Shown piece after piece: positions 11,993 through 22,770 of a DNA stretch of 64,000 nt (position 1 is its first letter; each line of letters opens with the position of its first letter). A program made the position numbers and the translations under genes. Location: the NCBI RefSeq assembly GCF_001194135.2, contig NC_068990.1:19875205-19939204 (forward strand), in the 5' to 3' direction. The notes beneath the pieces are model-generated. The model worked only from the letters and a program-made list of their open reading frames with translations. It made no database searches and was not told the origin of the DNA. This DNA comes from Octopus bimaculoides. Lineage: Eukaryota.

Positions 11993-12780
11993 CCTGAAGT
12001 CACCTCTGATGAACAATAAATGACCTATGGTCTAAGAAATGCCAGCCACGTTTCCAACGTCTTTTTGTCTTATACTTAATGTATCTAGGATTATGTTGTT
12101 GAAAGCGTCACTTGTTATACTCGCTGGGTTTGTAGAAAATAATAAAGCACATGGACATTTTAGGGCAACGTAGACAGAAAGATTGTTATTATTAAAGCAA
12201 ATGTTATTATAGTAGGTCGAAAAGGCAGTAAAAGAAGACAGTGTACCTGAAATCAAGAGGCTAGAGATGGTTTGTGAGTGCCTTTAGATGAAGCAGTTAG
12301 ATGTTGTGAGTGAGCTGTAGAACCATTCCATAGAGCAACTCTCTATTCTGAATATCACCTGGGCTTTGTAGAGTACTAGTCAGAGGTCTACGAGAAACGT
12401 ATGGATAGCAGAAAGTTTACAGGTCTTGAAAACCCTTTTGGGATCATTTCAATGAAATTTACATCAATTTAGCCGCTTGTGAAATGAAAAATATCCAGCA
12501 CTTCCAATCTTGGACCACGGATATCCGAGACAGCAAATAGCGGAGACTGGCATCGTCATGTATCTTCAGGAAACCGCAGTCAAACGCCCCCAATACCACA
12601 CCACTTCAGTCTTCAAAAACGACACACTAAATAATATATTGCCAGTTTCCCAGCAGATAAGAACAGAACGGAATGGTCACGTATGGACAACCTCCAGCGA
12701 AAAGTCGACTCAGTTAGAGCAAGATTGGTGTCAAACAACAACGACATGCGCCTGTACCACTTAGCTTGTTTAACCGCAAC
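11993..12780 (-). pseudogene. possible decayed leucine-rich-repeat coding relic
   Basis: Stop- and frameshift-broken segments PRLEVLDIF..NFIEMIPKG(F), LQLTHNI*LLHLKAL and TNPASITSDAFNNIILDTLSI resemble LxxLxLxxNxIxxI...AF repeats. A CAG|GTAAAG donor-like site lies near 11993. Pattern recognition only. Confidence 0.3.
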
Positions 12781-13636
12781 AACACAATCAAAATGAATGA
12801 AATTCAATATTATGAAAACATGTTCATTATCCTCTTGTATTTTTACAGAAAATGCTTTATAAATATTTTGGTATGTCTTTTCAACATGCATCATATGATT
12901 CGCTAAACTTAAATATTTAATATTAATTAATGTTTTTGCTTGTTATATTTATAATTCATGTTTCAAATTCATAGTAAATAGTTTTAAATGCTGTTGCCCT
13001 TTTGTAAAGCTGAAATCAATTAAGTTGAAGTAAATATCGCATGGGAAGAAAACGGAAATCTTAAAGTGAGAGAAATGTAAATAAACAGATTCAGAATATG
13101 TTATAATTATTATTTCGTATAAAACGATCTCATGAAATTACTTCATTTGAAGTATTCATTAAGATTGGCAGATTGCCTGTGTTGTGGAAATACTAATTCA
13201 AAAGCTCAAAATGTTTACGGCTATTTGGCAGGAGAAGTAACCGTGATATGGAAATAATTTGATTCTTATATAATATTATGCGAGAAGTTGAGAATTCCTG
13301 CAACTTTTTAACTGAAACTGTTTAGCTTCGTAAATAGAAATAAATCGGAGAAATGAATATAAAATGTAATTATCAGCTCCCAAAATTTCAAATGTATTGC
13401 AAGCATTTCATTCGTCATAAATCTATACAAATCAATGTATCTTATTCTTATAGTCTTCGGTAATAGCTACCGAATTTGCTAGGGAATCTATAGTGCGAAG
13501 TATTAAGCATTAGAAACGTTTCATTGCTCATAAATCTATACATAGTAAGGAAACTTGTTCCTTGCGATCGCCTTAAGGAATAGATGAGACAAATTTTCTT
13601 GGGAAAGTGTTATGAGTGCAAAACGTAAACACCATA

Positions 13637-13846
13637 CTGTCAGAATTGTTAGAGTATCGAAAAATTTGCTTTGCAGTATTTTTTCCTACGCTTTACAATC
13701 TGAGTTAAAATTCCGCCGAGGCCCACTTTGCCTTTTTTCTTTCCGCGGGCGATAAATTAAGTACCAGCAGCGTACTGCAGTCGATCTAATTGACTGCCCC
13801 CCCCCTCTCCAAAAATTTAGGGCCCTGTGCATAGTGTACAAAAATG
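13637..13846 (+). mobile_element. SINE family B, near full length
   Basis: ctgtcagaattgttag...ctgagttaaaattccgccgaggcccactttgcc...gataaattaagtaccag...gtcgatctaattgactgccccc...gggccctgtgcatag. Confidence 0.8.
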
Positions 13847-13901
13847 TTAACAGTATAACGTATTCCGATTAATTAAACAAATATCCTACCAATGATAAAT
13901 T

Positions 13902-14109
13902 AATGATTTCGGCCCAAGGCCACCAATTTCGGTGGTGGTGGTGGTGGGGTGTAAGTCGATGGCATTCATCTCAGTGTTCAACTTGCACATATTTTATCGA
14001 TCCCGAAATGATGAAAGGCGAAGTCGACCTCGGTAGAATTTGAACACTCATGAAATACCGCGTAGTATTTTGCCCGGAGTGCTAACGATTCTGCCAGCTC
14101 TCCGCCTTA
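13902..14109 (-). mobile_element. SINE family B, full length, tail-to-tail with the previous copy
   Basis: The reverse complement starts taaggcggagagctggcagaatcgttagcactccgggcaaaatac and continues through the core ccgaggtcgacttcgcctttcatc. Confidence 0.85.
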
Positions 14110-14999
14110 CCCACAATAAATTAATGTATTTATGTTAGAATTAATACACTTAATCAATTCACATGAAACATTTAAATTAAAGTATTTTTGTAGAACGGAA
14201 CATACCAAAAGGAATAAATGAGACTATTGTTCAACAAATTAACTCCAGTATGGGAAACAAACTCTAGCACATCTCTAACTTTCTTACAAGATCTACTGTT
14301 TTAGAAAATTAGAGATTTTGCGGATTGATAATTTACATCAAACATATGAAACTAATGGTTCTCTTATAGGGCACAGCTAATCATGTTGCTATATAATGAG
14401 GTGATTGCTCATTATTTGAAATTATAATTGCGATATAAGGTCATATTGTTGTTCATGCAATAAATTGTACAATCTATCATACTATAGGTAGCTGTATTTT
14501 AACCTGATAGTTAATAATTAGGTTTTCGAACGAGCAAAGAAAAATGGAAATATAGCGTATGAATGTCTGAAATTGTCTGAAATTGAAACACTCGGTCACC
14601 TGCAAAGCGAACTTTTGTTACAGTCATATATCATAAAATGATTTGAATTGTCGTGATTTACTAATGAAGTATATTTGTAAAATTTTTGCCAATATCTATT
14701 ATTTGATAACACAACCAAAATTAATTTCGTAAATTCCCGCTGGCGTTATAATTGTGCAGGTTTTTAACTTAACAGAAGAATTTCTAATATTTCCATTGCG
14801 ATTCAATAATTACTTAATTAAGTGAACGACACGGATGATCAATGGCACTACATTTAATTAGATAAAATCAAAAACGGAAAGCATAATTAGAATATGAATT
14901 TTAAATACGATTCGGGGACAATTAGGTCTAAAAGTAATTTGCAACATTTCAAGAAATTTCTTCGTGATTTTTATATAGTAATATTATTGTGACACAAAC

Positions 15000-15255
15000 T
15001 TCATCATCATCGTAGTCATGAAGATCGTTGTCGTTGTTATCGTCATTATCATGACCATTAACAGCAACAACAGCGACAGCACCAGAAGCTGCATCGGCGA
15101 GAGCAGCGGCGAGAACAACGGCACCGGCTTCGGCATCGGCAGTAACGGCGGTGGTAGCAACAGCAGCGATTGGCAGTGGCAGTGGTGGCAGTGGTAGCAG
15201 TAGCAGCGGCGGCAGCAGCAGCAGCAACGATAGCAGCAGCAGCAACAAAGGTGGC
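15000..15255. repeat. decayed GC-rich trinucleotide tract (TCA/GCA/GCG/GTG)
   Basis: Imperfect triplet repeats grading from tcatcatca to gcagcagca. Confidence 0.8.
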
Positions 15256-15892
15256 ACGAAATGGTAACAGCAGGCGTAGAAATAGCATGAAGTACCTCAT
15301 TATTTTATTTTCCCCACGTCCTTCAGTTGTGCCCTAAAATGTCTTTGAAGAAGATGTGCATATGTAAACTGCATACATTTTGGCTTATGCATTTTTGCTG
15401 TTTCCAGTGTCGCTTTTTCAGCTTGTGTATTTTTGTAGAGCTTGTAGACTGTGAATACCACAATTCTCTTCATTACTATTTATGTTACGAATGAATATTT
15501 GCATATATTGTGTTACGTATTGCTATTATTATTGCGTATTTGTATCGGCGATCATGTTGAAAATGTGAATGGTGGGTTGTGTCATATTACTGAGTGATAA
15601 CTGTAAAATTTTAAAGTATGTTAGTGATTTATTCTGAGATTGTGTATGCAAAAGCGCTCGTTGTATTATTTTATTAGATGCTGATTGAGTATACTATATA
15701 TTGTTCGTGCTGAGTTAAATATTTATGGTAAGATTTCCTACATGTTGCGTGAGCCCTGACATTGCATTGGATTTTAATGTATAAGTAATGTAATGTACAC
15801 AGGTTGTATACTACTTAAGCTACCTTAGGGAAATAAATAAGTCTTGCGTAGGATGTAAGCTGTGCATAGATTAGCTATCTTTTGTATATTTT

Positions 15893-16190
15893 GTGACGCT
15901 ATGAGCCGGCTTACGTTCGTAAGGTCAGGAGTTCGATTCCTGGTGGCACGTTGGGTCTTTAAGCAACATACTTTGTCACGTTGCTCCAGTTCACTCAGCT
16001 GCCAACAATGAATAGTACCTGTAATTCAAAGGTCTAGTCTTGTATCACTCTGTGTGACACCGAATCTCCCTGTGATCTAAGTTAAGTCTGTGGAGAGCTC
16101 AGCCACACACACACATATTAATTTCATGACCAGGCTGTCCCGTTCATCGGATCAACTAGAACCCTCGTCTTCATAAACGACAGAAAACCA
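15893..16190 (+). mobile_element. chimeric SINE: family-D-type head and core with family-C-type tail
   Basis: B-box ggagttcgattcc at 15928. The core cacgttgctccagttcactcagctg matches the reverse complement of 2505-2545. The segment caaaggtctagtcttgtatcactctgtgtgacaccgaatctccc...taagttaag matches the reverse complement of 4420-4485. Confidence 0.65.
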
Positions 16191-16351
16191 TTTATAGTTG
16201 TGCTAAAATTATTATTGGTACTCTTTTTATTTTCATGCACTCCATCCGGTTTATTTCAATTTCATTCTCATTTGATTTTGATGGTTTTTCCTAGTGTTCT
16301 AGTGAGTCGTGATCTGTATAAATTAGAAAGAATTAGATAATAATAATAATA

Positions 16352-16494
16352 ATAATAATAATATTGAAAAATTCCTCAAGAATGTGAACCCAGGTTCGAA
16401 AGACATCTGGTGAAGGCTGGAGAGTATATCAGCCGAAATGTGTTTACAGCAAAAAAGAGGAGGACAAATATCCGTCAAATGTAAATAATGTATA
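16352..16494 (+). mobile_element. SINE family E, 5'-truncated copy with hammerhead-like tail
   Basis: Aligns to 30530-30670. It contains gacat-CTGgTGA-a-GGCTG(gagagtatat)CAGCC-GAAA-tgtgtt at 16402-16444. Confidence 0.75.
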
Positions 16495-16722
16495 TGGCTA
16501 TGGTGCTTTACCACTACTTCTGCTCGGGATAAGAGATGCACAGCTCGTCGGCCACTAAGAGAAATGTTCAACTGATTAAGGTCAAGCAACTGAGAAGTAA
16601 ACCTGTAGTATTGAGCGGAATATTTGCTATAGTCCATCGCTTATACCAAGACAAAATATGTACATGATAATACTTCCAATCAGGTACGATTAAAAGCCAT
16701 GGGAGCCACTGCCTGGTACTAC
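16490..16722 (-). mobile_element. interspersed repeat/SINE fragment, possibly carrying a Deu/Nin-type central domain
   Basis: The reverse complement ...gtcagttgcttgaccttaatcagttgaac...agtggccgacgagctgtgcatctcttatcccgagcagaagtagtgg... resembles my recollection of an octopus repeat; the domain assignment is not verified. Confidence 0.4.
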
Positions 16723-16730
16723 ATCGGGCA

Positions 16731-16732
<2 letters not shown>

Positions 16733-16829
<97 letters not shown>

Positions 16830-16840
16830 CAGCAGTAGTG
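16733..16840. repeat. (ATT)n-(AGT)n compound microsatellite
   Basis: Read directly from the sequence. Confidence 0.95.
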
Positions 16841-17448
16841 GAGTTGATGATGTATTTCTTGCTGTTGTTTTTCTTGTTATTCCTAAGTTTTTTTTCTGCG
16901 TCATTAAACAAAATGCTTATCTATTCTCGCTCCCTTGTTTTCTGTATTCTACTCCCTAAACGGGAATATGCACTAAATTGAGTATGCTTTGTCTATCTAT
17001 GTACTGCAATGTCCAGCTCTCTATTTGTCATACAAACTCTCATTGCATTGTTCATGTAAATAGTCTCTGAAGATCTTATCTGTCATGATTGTAACAACCT
17101 GATGATTGATTCGAGTATTTGATTTTTATGATGTCGTTGTTTGTTTATGTCTGTCTGTCTAGAGGCATATTTGTCGGGTTAAATAATCTCATCAGATTTT
17201 GATATCTTAGAAGCAATTTGATTATATTTTATTTCTTTGATATTATTTGACAGCAAGTTTCTGATGTATATTCTTGCTTTTCTGTTCTCTCATATATATT
17301 TTAGAGAGGCCATACAATGAATAACTTGTTAGTTTGAATATTTATTCATATACATATGGCTACGAATTACAGAGACAGACGTATCTATGTGCTGTGTATA
17401 TATATTTAAAATCTGTGTTGTTGAGTAAAACAACCTCTTTCTTTGCAG

Positions 17449-18507
17449 GATTCACCCTTCAGAGAGTATTTACATCAAAGTGAAACATTTATTTAAACGT
17501 TAATTTTTTCAAATATTAAAGAACTCGTTGAAGAAATACGTGGCAGAAAATGTAACCTGAAATACTGACATTGGTATCTATCTTACAACACAGACGAAAT
17601 CAATGATAAAAAGAATACTAGACAAGCATGTTCTTTGTCAAATAAAACTTTGCTGTACGACTATGTAACATTGTGTGCAAGAATACATTCGAACAGTAAA
17701 TTCTTAGATGCGATACTTGTTGTTGCGAGAACTGATGCATGAAGGTATTACATACACAACGTTTGTGTCTGCCTTTCAGAAGTAAAAGAGATTTGCGTAA
17801 AAGGAAGATAGTGAAATGCCTGTGTATTGTCCAAAATATGGAGGACTATTTGGTGGATATGAGGGAGATGTGCAGGCATCATTATCTGACAAGTTAACTG
17901 AGTTCTTCAGATTGAGAGTGCATATAGCATTATAACCATCATTGTTAAAGAGAGTACTCGCAAAACAGCGAATTGACCAAGACACTCATACCCGTCAATT
18001 ACACACGAATATTTGGGATGGAACGCAGGGGTCATATTTAACTGTCTCTACACGTGGCTTACAGTCTCTTTTGTGGGACAGTTTGACTACTTACTCTGTG
18101 CTGAGGAAACGTTCGGTGATGTACAGTCAAGTTGTGTCACGCTGGGTATAAAAATACGCATCACTCATCAAGACTACAACATTAATAGAATTGTTGATGC
18201 CTGTATAGGGCGCTAAGACGAAAGCCTTCAAACTCATTATCAAATGAAGAAACATATCTGTATCATCAAGGCAGTTGAAGAGATTTCTACTAAGAAATAT
18301 CGAAGCAGTGGATGACTGTTATTGCTAAGAGCAAATTGTAAAAGTTTTGTTTTTGAATGTGTTGCTGCCGATGAAGATAAAGTCTATAAACAAATCAGGA
18401 AGACACACAGGCACATTGCCGAAAGACTTCTTCCTCTGATAAGAAACTGGATTAAGTTCTCTGAGGCAACAGAAAAGAAGGACATAAACATGAACCAAAG
18501 TTGTTAA
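17449..18507 (+). pseudogene. possible decayed coding region of unrecognised identity
   Basis: Follows a strong acceptor (ctctttctttgcag at 17435-17448). One frame runs from 18013 to 18507 with only two internal stops (GWNAGVIFNCLYTWLTV...ACIGR*DESLQ...RSSG*LLLLRANC...NQSC). Composition is higher-complexity than the flanks. Confidence 0.3.
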
Positions 18508-21184
18508 GCTAGAGAAGACATGCGTATCATAAATCATACTTTAAAATTTTGTGGTTGGCATCCGCACTTTAAATTTTGCAATTGCATTTTTCCTTTCTCA
18601 GTTTAGGTAACCCGTAAAACGTTTGCCAACACATGCAGCACATTCTGCCAAACAATTCTGAAACCGCCATTTTACCCATCCTAGGCAGATGCGTTTAAAC
18701 AAAAAATACAACTCTATTCTAATAAAATGGTTGATTAGGTTTGTTAACAGACAAAAAAACAAAACAATTGTCTGGAGACTCGACATGACAAAATTTGAAA
18801 TCAGATCTGCAACTTTACAAAACAGCGGTTAATTATACACAATTACAAAATTGTGAGCAAGTAACAATACAGACAATATTCACGCTATGTAGATGAATTA
18901 TTGCGTTCTTCCATATTAAAGGACATATAACCGCAATTTGGTGTAGTTCAAACTATACAGACGTTTCCTTGTTAAGCTATCCTTATTATGCAGACAGTTG
19001 GGCTTCTCATTTATAGAATAGAGAAACTATAATTAATCAAACATTTTTATATCTTTTTTTTTTTTTCCTTGATCTACTTATTTTGCAGCTTGTTTATACT
19101 GCAAAATGAAGCATATATTTTCTCAATGACCAGGTTAAATTTTTAATCAAATATCAACTTTTTCAATGATGGAAAAATATAGTACTTAAGACAAAAAAAA
19201 TATTATTTAAAAGAAAATGAATAAATTGTAAAAGAAGAGAAAAAGAAAACAGAATGCAATCAGATGTTTATGAAGAAAACCACTAGTCATTAAAGGAGTG
19301 GCTATTGGCACGACAGTGTGGAGAAGGAAACGGCGTAAGAGATTAAAGAGTAAATTACCATATTCTGATGAAAGAAGCCAGTTAACATTAATGATATAGC
19401 ATACTAACTACATGTTTGAGGAGATACAATAAATAACAATCTTAGTTTTAAAATGAGACAACTAAATTGCAAAATTACTGTCCTTAACCCAATTGCTAAT
19501 AACATTACTCGAACCAAAATAAAATCTAATCTGCTTTTCAATATTTTCTTTTCTTTCCTTTTAAAACATTCTTTGAAAGTATTTGTTGCTACTGAATTAT
19601 TACTTCTGTTGTCTTCGTTTCCAGATTTTTTGCCGTTGTTGTTCTTCTTGTTCTTTCTGCTGCCTTTGTTTCTGTTCTCTTTCATGTTTATTTCAGTTTG
19701 CATTCTTACGTTGAATGCTGAACTCATAAATTAAAAGTTAGAATAAGATTTGCATTTTGGTGTGAAAAGATTAGCATTTAATTTCTATGCAATGAAATTT
19801 TCAAAAAAATTACCGTAGGAAAAGTTTAAAAGTAGATTGGCCATACCAACTCAGTGTTCATTTCTTGACTATTCCTGGAGACACATAAAAATGCTGCTTG
19901 ATTTCCAGTTGATATCATTAGATTCAGAGGGACAAGAACGAGTTTTGTATTCGTTTATATAAGAAAATATTGTTAGGCAGATGACAATTACTATATAAAG
20001 GTTTCAAATATTCTTCTCTTAGACTGCGCAAGTATTAGTGCATCAGGCTGAGTAAAAAGTAAGCAACGTTTTGAAATATGAAATTCATCACAATATGTTT
20101 CAACTATGCGGAAATTTTATTCATCTAAGTAAGTATCATTACAATGACCACGTTTCTGCCAACGAGTTACAAGTTAGTTTATTCCGGTAACATAAAAATC
20201 TGAAGTACTGGAGCTGATGAACTCTTTGAACGCACTCTCAGCATCAGTTTAAGTTTTGAACTCCTCTCACAGGAAATCATGAAGGTGCTTGAAAAAGTGG
20301 TAGTCGGCTGGAGAAAGGTCTGAGGAATAAGCTGGGTGGGGGAGAACTTCGTAGCCAAGTTCCTTCAACTTCTGGCGCGTCATTAATGAAACGTGTGGTC
20401 AGGCATTGACATAAAGACTGATTGGCCCTCTTCCGTTGACCAGTCTGGGACAGAGGAGTAGCAGTTCTTCGTTCATTTTGGCAACTTCATGGCAATATGT
20501 TTCTGCAGTAATGGCTTTTCCGGGTTTTAAGAAGTTATAGTAGATTAGTCCAGTAGTAGACCACCAGTCACCATAACATTCTTTCTGTAGAGCTCGGGTT
20601 TAGGGAAGGTTTTGGGTGCTTCATTTTGGTTCAAACACTGCGAAGACGTTTTTTTGTGATTGTACATAAACCACATTTCATCGCAAGTGACAATACGGTT
20701 TGGTTACGGAGATGAAGCGAAGAGAAAATTTCGTATGTGCGCATTTTGTGATTTTCATTCAAATCGTGTGGTACCAATTTGTTGTGCGCATTTTGTGATT
20801 TTCATTCAAATCGTGTGGTACCAATTTGTTGTGCTTTTTTGATTTTCTGGTAACATGCATATGGTTGTGGCAGTTTTATGGCTACCTTAACGTTCTTTTT
20901 CCAGTTCTCGCGTGGTTTGAAGTGGATCTTTCTTACTGACAGTCTTTAATTGACCGTCATCAATGACAGATGTGCGTCCCCTGCGCTCACGAGCTTCAAT
21001 GCTCAGGTCTCCACTGCAAAATCGCTTAAACCATTTTCGAGCTGACTAATCACTGGTTATTTGCTCACAAAACGTTTTCTTGATATCCCGAGCAGTTTCA
21101 GCTTCTTTATGTCCTTTTCTGAAGTTGAATAGCAAAATAGCCCGAATATCTTGCTTTGGCAGTTCCATTTCAGATGACCGTAAC

Positions 21185-21553
21185 ACCGATTTCTTTATTG
21201 CCCACAGGGGGCTAAACATAGAGGGACAGTACAAATACGGTCGGAAATACAGAAGTGGGGGGAAAGAACCGAAAGAACGAGAAAGAACGAGAAAGAAGAT
21301 ATAAAATGAATGGATGAAATGAAGGCCGCTCAGACCCCACAAAGCAAGTGACCTCATTGAAATATTTTTAAAACAATTGAACACTTAATATCTCCATGTT
21401 AAATTCTTTTAAAGGTTCATGATAGTTTACCGTTAATTGCACTGCCCTAGTACCAATTTCCATTTGTGGGATAATGACATTTGTCCCCTAATACTCACTT
21501 AAACTTCGTAAGTTCGAGTGGATTTGGTAGACGGAAACTGAAAGAATCCCGTC

Positions 21554-21590
<37 letters not shown>

Positions 21591-22770
21591 TGTGAGTCTG
21601 TGTTTGTCCCCCCCTACCCAACATTGCTTGACAACCGATGCTGGTGTGTTTACATTCCCGTAATTTAGCGGTTCGGCCAAAGAGACCGAAAGAATAAGTA
21701 CTAGGCTTACAGAGAATAATTCCCGGGATCGATTTGCTCGACTAAAGGCAGTGCTCCAGCATGACCACAGTCAAATGACTGAAGCAAGTAAAAGATCCAT
21801 AACACAGAGTAGACGGCAGAAGGACAGACAGAAAATACATGTGGGGACAATAACATGAAACGGATGAAAGGTGAAATTATATAAAAATGAGGGTGAAACG
21901 GCCACTCGAACTCGACTCTCGGGTAGTTGTATTTAACAGTTTGTTTTCAGATTTTCATCATTAAAAATTTTACTTACTGTATTTACTAGTTCAGGTACTG
22001 TATTATGTCTTTAGGGTTTCGTATCCTACCTCTCCTAACGGGTCAATGAGTAAACCAAATATTTCTTTTAACTGTGTGTATTTTTCTCTGTCAATTAATA
22101 TGCATTTGGTGCATTCGGTTTCGCCTCAGCCAGCAATCTCACTCTGATTACCGACTTAGACTTGGCAATCATGCGTTCGATTGGCGTGCTTTTCGAGTAT
22201 ACCGTACTGTGAGCCTTGTGTTTCCCAGGGGATTTTGTGGGTCTTTTTGCCGCAGTAGGTTGGCAGGTGCACCCATTCCTGTGATCTCACAGGTATAGTG
22301 GAGTGATTGGTTGCTCCTTCTTCCGTGGTAAACCTCACCTCCACAGTGCCGTACTTCTTTCTTCTGGTGTAGTAGGTGGTTACACTTTTCAGATTTTCTA
22401 GGCTATCTCAATTTACTTGCTGGATAAGGACAGTGTTCTGTATACCACTGCCCTTCTCCTGGTACTATTGGTCACTTCCTCTGGAGTGATTAGTCGCAGT
22501 CTTTCTCCCTGCTTCTGGAGCAGCTCCATGTGACTTCCAATCTTTTCGAAGTCTCCGGCTTCCAATATGCTTGCATCGTTGGTCGAAGGACTACTCCCCG
22601 CCGCCGCCGCATAACTCCCGACTTGTTCTGGGGAACATTCCATTTCAAAATTCTTTACCCTAAACTGCGGAAAAGAAAGTCAAACAAAAAACAAGCCCAT
22701 AGGCAACATTTTTCCGAGGAACGCAACAGTAGGCTCGTGGGGGCAAACAAAATCACACCTGCAAGCTTGG
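21185..22770 (-). mobile_element. internally deleted L1/Tx1-clade-like LINE (5' UTR, ORF1 N-terminus and 3' UTR) with target-site duplication
   Basis: TSD-like pair agatgaccgtaac (21172-21184) and agatgattgtaac (22771-22783). ORF1-like pieces: MECSPEQVGSYAAAAG...RLITPEEVTNSTRRRAVVYRTL and TYYTRRKKYGTVEVRFTTEEGATNHST...LPTYCGKK. The 3' end is ...tgtccctctatgtttagccccctgtgggcaataaagaaa. No RT or EN is present. The clade call is from recalled similarity to octopus Tx1 ORF1. Confidence 0.65.
21505..21795 (+). mobile_element. SINE family A (5'-truncated) nested in the LINE derivative
   Basis: gagtggatttggtagacggaaactgaaagaatcccgtcg-(TA)n-gtttgtccccccc...cttgacaaccgatgctggtgtgtttac...gcggttcggccaaagagaccg...ctccagcatgaccacagtcaaatgactgaagcaagtaaaaga. 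Confidence 0.9.

Noticed and set aside
14949-15300. Poly-Ala/poly-Leu ORFs resembling a signal peptide or homopolymer protein
   Set aside because: They are translations of a decayed trinucleotide tract, with no splice or domain context.
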